DNA of 64,000 nucleotides from Macrostomum hystrix (Eukaryota; Animalia; Platyhelminthes), in the NCBI GenBank assembly GCA_950097015.1, contig CATNEN010000038.1, positions 7,192,001 through 7,256,000 on the forward strand, given 5' to 3'. Each line of letters begins with the position of its first letter. Within the stretch, counting starts at the first letter, position 1. The notes under the pieces were generated by a model. It searched no databases and was not told the DNA's origin. It saw nothing but the letters and a program-made list of their open reading frames with translations. Positions 12,201-24,200 of the stretch are shown piece by piece. Position numbers and translations under genes: made by a program.

Positions 12201-15200
12201 CCACGGGAATAAATTGTGTATTTTAACGGGACACTTGAGTCTGCATTGCTTCTGTTCACCCAGTTGTATATTTTGGTACGCAGCCTTCGGTAGCTGCGAC
12301 TGTTCTGTGCTGCACAGCTTGCCCATTCGGCCAGATGTAAGCAATTATTATTATTACTAGCATTGGTTTTGTCAGCCTAACTGAGAATCCTGCCTACGCT
12401 GAATACGAAGGGCCTGGCTGCGTGCAGCCTTAGTCTATGGGCCATAGACAATAAAGGACAAGCAAAGTGATAAAAAGGCATCCAATGTGAGAATCGATCG
12501 CTTTTTCTCTTTCCCCCAGCTCTCTCCACTCCTCCAAGCGCAACTCCTCCATCACTGCTTCTCAATCACCCGCAGTCTCGTTGCTTTCTTGCCTATTTAT
12601 CCAACACTTAGAATTAACAGAGTTCAGTCTTCACCACTGCAATAAAAATGCCCGCCTCATCTGTGGACCGCCAGCGACTCATCGCGGCCATTGAAAATGG
12701 AAGCTCACTAAGGGAGAATTTACACCCTTCCTCAACCCATCGGAACTGGCCAACAGTGCGCTGAAGGCACGGATCAAAAGCCGCCTGGCAGACGCTGGAC
12801 TAGTCAACGAGGAGGCCGTTGCTCCAGATGGCGTTAACAAAGAGGAGTGGCGATTCATGCTGTTAGAGAGGGAGGCGCGCGAAGCGATTGACGACAGTCA
12901 CTGCTGGGAAGGCTGCCGCGTGGGACTTACATAGCAGACGACTCTTTGGGCAGTGCATTGAGAGACGGTTATTTTAACTCTTTACTTTACTGTACTGTAT
13001 CATCCAGTGTGTTCCTGTTTCCGTTATTCCGTTTAAGCTATTGGCTAGTCATATGGCTCAGAAGGTATAAAAATAAAAGAATACGACGCATAGACCAATC
13101 GATTCTCACATTGGATGGCTTTTTATCACTTTGCTTGTCCTTTATTGTCTATGGCCCATAGACTAAGGCTGCACGCAGCCAGGCCCTTCGCAGTCAGCGT
13201 AGGCAGGATTCTCAGTTAGGCTGACAAAACCAATGCTTGGCCAAATGCCAATTTGGCAGCTCAAAAATGGCTGAAGTAGCATTGCACTGGTTGGTATCAG
13301 GCAGCCACGTTTCTAAATTTGGCATCCTGAGGCCTCTGCAAGGTGAGCCTGTGCGTAGATAATTAGTTAATTTGCCACCCCTGCAAGCTCCAGCGGAATG
13401 AAATTGGGATATTGTAAAGTTTGCTTTGGACTCACAAATAGCCATGAAGTGATATCCCAGTGCAGAAAGGGTAAGGAGCACAATAGCAGTGCCAAATTAA
13501 TATACTCCCATCAAACAACTATTTCCCTCACTCACCAATATGATCTCTCACAGTTCCCTCACACTGCTGTCTAGCAAAGCTCTTAAACATTTCGCAAATG
13601 GTATTTTTCTGACATTCGATACTCCCTTGCCTGCCAGCAGATGTAGCCGGATTCTGCAGGGCTCAAATTACCTGCTGGAAGCTGCTGGAAAAAAGCAACG
13701 AATTCGAACTCACCACCTGCGGCGAATCATGGCTGCCGCTGTCCCACACAGGCACTTCGGCTATTTGCGGCTCGGGAGTCACGGCGGCCGCCCGCCGTCC
13801 GGACGACTCGGAGTCGCTGGGCTGTCAAGAATGGAGAAACGCAAAGCCAGCGCTTGAAACTTGAGCAGATTTTTCTTGTCTTCCTTGAGTTTATTTTTGA
13901 GTTATGAAAAGTCAGATTTTCAGATGAGACCCGGCCTCGGGAAATGACGAGAAACAAGTGAAAAAGACTCGAGACACTGCTTTTTTCTGAGTGTTTTTTC
14001 ACCCTGAAAAATCACGAGACATTTTCTGACACTCGAGAAAAAGTGCATGACGTCACACCTCATATGACACTAAAAAGCATAAATGTGGCTAAAACTAAAA
14101 TAATAACTATGTCAGGCGAAAAGTGTGTGGCTGGTTGATGGTGAAATCCCATTCGGACGGATTGGTTCGTAAATGCAGTGGGTAAAATAAAAATGGATTA
14201 ATACTCGTATTAACAGCGTACTCAAATTCGGTGTAAGCTGAATAATAACTGAGTAGATTGCAAACTATTTTTGAAAAGCAAATCTGCTAGGATGAAAGAA
14301 ATAGGCGATCATCTGTTGCAATACGTGCTGACCTAAATAAATAAATAAATAAAGTTTATGAGCATGCAACGTCGGAAAAAAATGCTCACAGACCAAGAGC
14401 GACAGGACAATTGACAGTTACATTTACATGCACAAGGACTCGAAGCACGAGTGGGTTGATTACCAATTATTTTCAGAACGTATTTTGTAGGGAGTGAAGT
14501 AAAAACTATGTTTAAATCTATTGAAACGTTGTTAACTGAGTGATGAACATGTAAATGCCCTGTTTTAATTATTTGCCAATACAATTTCCTGCTTGCATCA
14601 TGTCATCCTTCACCACCCCTAAAACCCTACTCATCTGTTGAAGCTGATGAAATAGTTGAATACAACTAGTCAAACATACAATGTATTTCAGTCTCGTTCC
14701 TCAATGCCGTTAAGCAGTTTATAATAGAGTGGAATTTTCGTGCAAAAAATTGTTAACGTTTGTACAACCACGCACTCAAACAGACGAACGAACACGAGGT
14801 ATATAGCATGAGCATGCAGATTAAGCAGCCCCACAATGCACTCTCATCTACAGGTACCTAATGGAGACCTGACTCACCATAACCAGCAAGACATAGTCCT
14901 TAAAAAATGAAAAACATTGCACTCATGAGGTCACTGTTCGCTCAGCTTTGAAATAAAATATGGTTATCTGGTTTTAAACAATTTTGAACATAGTAAATAG
15001 GTGTGCATATTTCATAGATTTTGATATTGATTCCTATGAAGATATATAGGAATATTCGAACTATATATTTCAATCAAAAGCCTAAATAGAGCTTAAAGTC
15101 CTGTGTTTAGAGCTTCAGTGAAAGGTCGGGAGTTCGAAGCGCAACACAAGGGAGATACTGGAATTCCCATTAGCTTCTGTTCAACTTGCTGTAAAATGGG

Positions 15201-18200
15201 TACCAGCATCAGCTGGTGTGCAATACTTGGGTGGGTTTAGTGGCCAATCTATCCTATAATTCAATGAGATAAGTCAATAAGCTCAATTCAATAATAAGAA
15301 CCCATCGTTTAATAGTAAAATACCACAGGGGGTATTAGAAATACCCCACTGCCTACTTCATGATAGCTCCCAAACCGAATGACCGATTTTAGGATTGGGA
15401 GCTAGAGACGAAAAGCTTTTGAGATGCCGATCGGGTGCTTTTGTTAAAGATCCCGACGGTCGCGCTGATGCTCTACAGGGTGATGAAATGGACCCTGGTG
15501 ACTAGGATGCTGAGAACAACTGATTGACGTAATGAAATTTTGTGAGCTGAAAAATTAAGCCTACATTGATGGTTTTGCCACCAGACGCCTCGACAAGAAT
15601 CGTTGAATATCTCGACGAAGCCGATGCCTGTGTTCTGGATTTTCATGTCGATTGGTTGGATATAGTAGAAGATACAGAAAAAGTGTGGGTGCTTGAAATG
15701 CTCATTGAGTTCTTTCTACGAGCACATTCTAAATGCATGACTCGCCCTCTATCATAGTTTACGTAATTTTGGATTTTCATTTTCACAAACGGCGATAGCG
15801 TGCGAGTCTGGGATAATTGCAGCCAAAGTGCGCACTCACGCATGCGGGATTCAGCAGGGATTGGACGCAGAATTCCACAGGCGATGGCGCGTTCCTGATC
15901 AGGTTGACGGCCTCCTCGTGAGTCGCGTGCGTCAGGTCCTGGCCGCAGACCTGAGAGGGACGGGATAAATCATACTTGTGACCTGATTGGAGAGATCAAA
16001 GTCACGGGCCGCAGATTGATACACCTTTTTTGAAAACCCAGTGGCTTTCTTCGTGTGTGGCAATTCAGTGCTTTTAATATTACTGCATGTCTAAGATTCG
16101 AAATTAAATCTACATCCGCCCGCTATGACCCAAATATGTTACAAAATTCAGTATCTTCCCAGTTCGATATGGGGAGTTTTTTAGCTAGTCAAAGAACAAA
16201 TCTCAAGATCAAGAGCTGATAAGTCGCCTCACCGCCAGTATCCGGTCGCCGGTTCGTAGAACACCGTCGCGCCGATCTGGCCCGGCATCGGCCACCTGCT
16301 TGATGAAGACGCCGCTGACTCCCTGCTGCAGGTCGTGGCCGTTAACCTTGCCGCCAACGATAACAACGCCGAGGCTGCGGTTCTCATCACGCCGAAGTCG
16401 AACGATTCGAGGCTTGCTCCAGCTGCTGGCGTTGGCACTAGCTGGCGAGCCGTCCAACGACAGCGACTTCTCGCGAGTCTGAGGCGGCGTCTGTTCTGAT
16501 ACCGCGTGCTCAGCCGTTGCTTCATCTTGAGTCGGCAACGAATCTTCCGCTTCTCTCCTCTCCGCCGTTGCAGCCATGACTTCTTCATCCTCGTCCGCAA
16601 AGGGTACTGGCTCTTCTTGAACATTTCCGTTTGTCATGGTTGGCGACGGTGCCAAGTCACTGAGTGGATCTTCCTTGGAGTAGGAGTGAACTCTGTGAAT
16701 CGCAAGGATGGGATTCAAAGTATTTTCGTTCATTGAGGCTCACTAAATCTTCACACTAAGTATCTCACAAATGCTTACAAATGATTTGCATTCAAGGTAG
16801 CCAAGCTTACATTGCATATTCGTAGCGGCTGTGCGGCTCAGTCGCTGAAGCCTGCTTTGCCTGCCGCGAGTTCAAGGAGGCCAAGTGCTTAGCCACATCC
16901 ACACACGGGTAGTACCGGATGCTGCAGTTATTAGGAAAATCAGCACGAATAGGTGTGCTAGACGTCAAGATGACACAATAATAAAATTACATTCGCAACA
17001 ATGAATAAAAATACAAGTTCCAACGATAAACAGACAGTAAATGGCAGAACTGAATACCGTACGCAGGCACACATCTGTCTGCGTACGTACATCTGTCTGA
17101 ATTTCTCATCGTCAGGTAATGTACAATCTCATTGTGCCTTGGAGTTTGGTTATCAAGGGCGTAAATGGCGCGACAAGCTCACCAAATGAATGCGCATAGA
17201 CTCGCCGCGGAATCGGGGAAAATAGGCGGCGGAATCGCTGTCTAAAATATCAAATAAGAGTCCAGCAGCCCTCACCACAGGTCTCGGCCAAGTGCACCAG
17301 CGCAGCGCAGCCGCTCTCTTGCCTCCGATGTGGATACCCGCCTCAGCGAGTCGGAATTGACCGCCGTGACGAAGTCGCCAGGTCGCAGACTGCCATCGGC
17401 GTGGGCCAGGCCGCCCTCCAAGACGCGGCGCACAATGCAGCCGTTGACGCCGGAGTCCACGGACTCCACTAAGAGGCCCAAGTCGAGGGTGTCACCAGGT
17501 CGAGGACGGAGAAGCAGCGTTCGCTCTAGGGACTGGGGTAACTGTAGCTGCAACGGCTGCAGTCAGGTTAATCTTTTTATTATCTTTTTATTATCTTCTC
17601 AGCACCTTTCTCATGACATTTCAACCGCGATTTTAAACACTAGATGATGCAATGATGGTTTTAGAATCGAGTTCTGAGCGACAAATTTTGATAGCTATTA
17701 CTAATGGGGCAGCAAGGTTCGTTCCTAGAAAAGTAAGAAACGCTCTTATATGTAAATAAGCGACAAATATAATGTGCATACCTGTGGCACCTGCGGCGGT
17801 GGGGGAGTGACTGCGCCGAAGTAGCTGATAGTTGTGGCCCCGCTAAATGCCACTTGACGAGCAGGCCGCATCAGCGCCAACTCGTCCTCTTCGTCGTCGA
17901 TTTCTGCTTCAACATCGAGCAGCTCCTGAGGGCAGGTTAATAGAGCTGGAATTACTAAAACGGATGCAGATTACTTTCACCCTTAGTCTCCTGTAAATGA
18001 AAGCTCAGCATTCAAATGTGAGCTTGAGTATAGCTTTTGCCATTCAATCTCAGTGTTTTGTCATTCATACTCAGCCCCCATAGAATTAATCCAGCCAGTT
18101 GGCGCGGTTTGGCCCATAAACTATCGCTCTGTGCCATTCAATCTCGGGTTTTGTCTCGGGTTTTGAACAGAGTGGCACAGAGTGATAGTTTATGGGCCAA

Positions 18201-21200
18201 ACCGCGCCAACTGGCTGGATTAATTCTATGGGGGCTGAGTATGAATGACAAAACACTGAGATTAAATGGCAAAAGCTATACTAGATGAAGTCACTTAGGT
18301 CAATGGATTAATTTATCTACTTTGTCTACGAAGTATTAACAAAATTAGCTTCGCCAAAAAGCTCTCAGCTGATTATCCAGAGGCTAATCTCTGACTATCA
18401 GAGTCGTGCACTTATCGGCCGAATCATTAGCTGATTCACGAAAACACGAACTCATGCGTGGAAATGCACTCACTGCGACGGTTCAATAAAAATAACAAAA
18501 GTACAAGCGCGTGTAAATATAATGGTTAAAATTTTTCCTGATATCATGCCTAGTTTGCTTTGGCAGCTTATCCCACTCTCCTAATCCAAAGGTTTATATT
18601 CAACAAAGATATTTTCTGCTGATAACTATCCGACGGATTGCCAAATCACGCATGTGCTGACAGCGATTATAGACAATCCGAAATCGCAGTATGAAAAACA
18701 CTTCTGAGTATATAAGACTCAACTGCTTTATCGACATGCGTGCTTAATTGATACTGAAAATTTTAATTTTACTCTGAACATGCTTTCTATAATATAGCTC
18801 TGTATATAGAGACCAATTTTACATGCCAGATTCACTCTCTACTATAATCAGTAGCGAGTAAAGCGAATGCGACTTCTAAATAGCTAATTTACCTGCATAG
18901 GGAACCGCAGGTAGCTAAACTCTGCGTTGCGGATTACGTCACCATCCGTTTGATCTCCCTGACCGAAAAAGGGAGCGTAATTTTATACAATGTACCGAGT
19001 ACTCAAAGATGAATGCAAGATTTCAAATAAAATGGCTTCGACATGCATGATGAGGTTATCCGAAAGTTGGTCACGACAACACCAAAAAAACAAAATTACA
19101 AAATAGTTATCAGAAACGAGGAAAATGCTTTTGAACAACATACAGGCGGTTAATACAGGAAACAATATTTAGACTTCTGCAGAGAAGGTGTATCGATAAC
19201 CTGTGCCACAACAGAGTGGGAAATGCAGATGCGCATGCTGGATGACCAACTGCTTGTTTCTGCATGAGCTAAATTTTACAACGATTCGCAGCTGCTGTGT
19301 CCTCGCCGCCTCTCAGTCCATCCTCACCTGGTGATTAAACAGAGCATCTGTGTCGGAGCCGCAGTCTTCTACTCGCTCCAGCTCGAGCAGCATGTCGCCC
19401 GACGACGAGGATGATGCAAGACTGTCTAGCGATGAAGAGGAAGTGGAACACTTTGAAAAGGAGCGCGTATGAACTGTTGTCTTCATGTCATCCTGTTGAT
19501 CGTCTAGACGAAATTTGTCGCGAGCAGCTTCGATGGCCGATGCAACAATTCGCTGAGCGAAAGTCGCTTCATTTTCGAAGATTGGGTTCGCTGACGTCTC
19601 GAGAGGTGACAAGGTGGATGCCAAGGAGCTCCTGGTGCTGGTCGTGCTGGGGTGGGGTCTAGGCTGGCTCGCCAGTTGGCTCAAAACTGTAGCCAGAGCC
19701 TGCTGAACAATCTGTGCGCTGTAATAATTCAGTGCCTCCGAGCTCGGTGACTCAGAGTTGTAAGCCTCCTCCTCAGCTATGGAAGATCGGGAGTCTACAG
19801 ACACTCGAGAGCGAACACTGCTATTCTCAGGGGTGAGAAATTCCTGATCGAGTGCACCTGTCAATTCCAGTCTCAGTGCTCTAGCATGCTCACGCAGACA
19901 GCTGTCGGACCCGGCGAAGTCTTCCTCGATGCTGTCTAGTCGTGAGGACACCGAGGAGCTAGCTATTTGCAACGGTAGCTGCTTGGACGCCTGAGGCTGC
20001 TGAAGCTGCTGCTGCTGATGCTGATGCCACAGTTGTGGTGTGGACAGGTTTGACTGCCACGCAATAAGAAATTCAGGGGACATGAGACTTTTCATTCCGT
20101 TTTAAATGAAGCAATCATAAGTTAAGATGAGAAACGTTAGATGCTACGGGCGTAGTTTCTTAAAAAAATAATAATAACTATTATTGGATTGAACAGTTTT
20201 ACATTTTATACAATTTATTTAGAATTTTTACCTAAATTAAAATCGCAGAACAAGAAAACTGCTCGTACTTTACGGAGTTTTATTACACATTGCGTTAGTT
20301 TTTTTCAAGCCTGTACATTTTGGTTATGAATGTAAAAATTACAAATTTATTTTCCCCAGACACGGAGCTTATGCGTTCACGCGTTACGCTTACTTGCCTA
20401 ATTAAAGAGCATTAAGATCTTTTTCGCCCTACCTTCTTGCGCAGCTGCATCTGATATTGACTTTGTGGCTGACGGCCAGCCAGCTGGCGATATTCCGCGT
20501 TGCTGGCATTGCGCTCGGCCACTGCCGACGCAAGCGGTTGCGGCTTTGCTACGCCAATGACAATGCGACCGCGTGGCGCAGACTTCAGACAGCGCACCGT
20601 CTCCTCCAGGCTGGCTCGCTCCAGGTTCGTGTCGTTGACAAAAAGCAGGCGATCGCCAGGCAGGAGTCGACCGTCGCGATGCGCCACGCCGCCAGGTACC
20701 AAGCTCCGAATAATAATGACAGTCTCGTCTGCACTAAGCGGGTCCTGGTAGTCTAGCACGCTGAAGCCTAGTCCGGCCGGCGTCTTCTCCAGCTCGACAA
20801 TTGTCGGATTGTTAGACCAGAAGCCGGTGTTTAAAAAATCATCAAACGATCGGCTTTTGCTGTTGCTGGCGTTGCCGCTGCCACCAACGCCCCGATACGG
20901 TAGCGTTGCCGTAGCGGCATCGTTATCTTCGTTTTCAACACTATGCTGCTGTCGCGTCGCTGTTCTCGGTGTCATCAAGTCGTCGTCGTCCATCTGGTCG
21001 ATATCGAGGCTGTCTGTGTCGCTGCCGGTTGCAGCAGTCACACCCGCTTTCTGATCGATACGCCGAGCACAAACGATGCGGACGTGTCGGGGCAGGGTTT
21101 TGAGGATTTCTACCACCTCCAGGTGATTTAAACCATACAGTTTCTTTCCATTAACCTGGAATCGATTGAGGTTTGGAAAAAGCATTGAGTCCATCAATTT

Positions 21201-24200
21201 TTATTTGATAGTAGTAGAACAAATACAATTAAAACGTTCGTAATTATATTATTATTGATTACACCTGCCCCGAACGGGTCAGATTTTCAGACGCAGATAT
21301 TGCGCGGCGCATCTGAAAGCTACGCATGGCTGTTGAGTCCATGGACTGGTAAGGGCGCCACACCCACCCTCAATTCCCCCTGCTAATTCAATTTAACAGC
21401 AGTGTGAACTAAAGCAATGCATTGTGATTTGTGAAATGTCTTGCTAAAAGACACAAATTGTTCCAGTAGACTTTAAGTCGTGGACTCGTGTCGTGAGTCC
21501 GTCGCTCTAACCATTCAATGCTTCATCATCTTTGGCTTATAGGGTTATACCAGCGTAGGCATAGCCTTCTTAGCGAGAAACAGTTGCTTGGCCGTTAGTT
21601 TCATTATCATCTTCCCAGCAGTCTACAGAGCTTTTCTTATATTGTTGCTGCAGATGCTAGAAAGAGCTGTCACTTAACATTCCACAGGCCCCACATTGAA
21701 CAGGAAGGAGCGACGGACTGACCCGCAGCCAAGCAGTGTACAAATGTACATGCCCACAGCCCCAGCCGTAGCTTTAAAAACCCTTTAAGGGGTGAAACTA
21801 GCGCGCGCAACCCACCACCCCAATCTCTCTCACCCGCGCAAACAGCTTTCTATCCAACACTGCCTGACCCTTCCCTATTCTATATTCTTAGGCCTGAGGA
21901 TACGAGTGCTCCGTGAGTAAGGGTGAGAAGTGAAGTGCGGCACGGCAAGTAAGAAGCAGCGAGGCTGCAGCTGGCTGATAACAGGTTACCACGAGATTAA
22001 AACACGCACCTCGAATCGGTCCTTACTAATTCAAGTCTTTCTTGCGCGCCCGTGCACGCAGAGAAAAGTGTACGCGCGGTTCACATGGAATCGACAACCC
22101 CGCAACGGGCTTATGGTTTCGACTGAGTACGACATTGCAATGGGGCGGGAGTTGAGGGTAAAAGCAGCACGCAGGCCTGCGCTGTCCTGCCACGCTTTCC
22201 GTGGCTTTTCCGTGGAACAAACTTTCGGCTGGTTTACATAGTTCATATGGTTACGGATGGTTCCTTCTGGACTGTCGAGCGAAGCCACCTTGACTGTATG
22301 AATTCTTGTAGCCATCGAGCCGAGCTGAGAAAGCAAGGGCTCAAGACAAGTCACGGAAGTGTAGGGGATATGGAAGGCTCCGACAAGCGGCTTACGCCAG
22401 CCGCATTGCGCAGCTTCCAATTAACGAAGCACCAGGTTGTCAACGAGAAGTCAAAGAGAGACGGCCTGAGCCCTGTGCTAGCCGCCGCAGCCAACGGTCA
22501 TCTGGAAGTGGTACGTTGCCTAGTTAAAAATGGCGCCAACATTAACGACCGCAACCCGGATGGTCAGACGCCGTTGATTCTGGCCGCTAAAAATGGCTAC
22601 CAGCCGCTGATGCGACTTCTTGTGAACTATGGCGCCAATCTGGACATTCAGGACGCCAAGGGCCGAACAGCTTTAATGCACGCTCTGGCAGAGGGTCGTC
22701 TGGAGCTCGCCCGCTTTCTCATGGAACTAGGCGCGAGTCAGGCTCCAGTCGATCGAGACGGTAAGACGGCTCTGTTTGTTGCTGCCGAGTGGGGCCACGT
22801 AGCAATAGTAGAGCACCTGCTCATTGAGAAGATCGGCGCTGACCTGGCTGCTAAGGATCGTCAAGGACGCACTGTGCTCATGATGCTGGCCAGAGCTGGC
22901 AAAGCATGGCCGATGTACAAGTACATCAGTGAGACCGAGCTGGGGAAGCTTATTAACGATCACGACTCTGCTGGCTTTACTCCCTTGTTGCACGCTGCTG
23001 AAGCTGGAAAATTCGCAATGTGCGCTCGCCTCATCAAATGGGGTGCCAACGTCAAAGCTGTGACCAATGACGGACGAACAGTCATCATGCTAGCATGCCA
23101 ACGACCTCAGATCAGCTGCGCTACCGCTGACAGCGATGCGGTCGACTTCGCTGCATCTTCTGATGAAGCTGCCGTTGAACCGTTGGACCAGATGTCGTTC
23201 GTCACCGCAATGGTAGAACGTGGTGTCGCAATAGACGCTGTAGACCAGAAGGGCAGAACGGCCTTGTTCTACGCTGCAGAGCATGCCGAACTGCAGCTGC
23301 TGAAGTTTCTGCTTACCAAGCACGCCGGCTGTGTTCGAGCCGATGCCAGAGATGCAGCCGGCAACACAATCCTGCATGCCGCAGCGCGCACGGGCAACGA
23401 GTCCGCTGTGCGCTATCTGACAGGCGTTCCAGCTTTTGCCAGACTCGTTGACGAGCCAAACTCAGCATCAGAGACGCCGATTCGCCTGGCAATCACGTCA
23501 AAGAAGCTAGCCATTGTCCAGAACCTGGTTGAACGAGGTGCGAGTCTGGAAAAGTCAAATCGTAGCTCGGAGACGCCGCTACTCTGTGCTGCCTGCGAGA
23601 ATGGGGCCGACGACATTGTTGAGTATCTGCTCGATAAGGGATTCCACCCAGACTCAGCTGACTCTGAGGGTGTGACAGCCCTAATGGCCGCAACCCGGAG
23701 TGACCATATTCAAGTTGTTAAGCGTCTATTGAAGGCCTCTGCTAATGTCAACGTATTAAGTAAGAAAGGTTTTACAGCTCTGACTCTTGCTGTACAAACA
23801 GTTAACGTTGCCATATGTAAACTGCTGCTCAATCATAATGCCGATCCTAATCTGATGCCTGATGGCAAATCTGACTGCAAAACACTTTGCTCAATTGCTG
23901 CCACACTAGACAGCAATGCACTGTTGGAACTTCTAGCTGAGTTCAGAGCGGATCCATTCAAAATGGATTCACAAGGTCGTAACGCTCTGTACTACAGTGT
24001 ACTGTTGAACAGATCCGGCCCACTAAAAACGCTCATTAAGTGGAGTTTTGGAAGGCGCCTCGATGATTACTTTCCATATGAAGGAAAGAAGTACACACTC
24101 CTGCACATCGCTGCCGAGCGAGGCAGTATGGAGGCCATGAAACAGCTCTTCAACGGCCAGCCATCTAGGGACATCAAGTCTAGCATCGGCGAAACTGCGC

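Noticed and set aside
14364-14510. Tc1-like transposase N-terminal remnant ([14 protein letters not shown]...)
   Set aside because: Too short and broken, with no paired TIRs identified.
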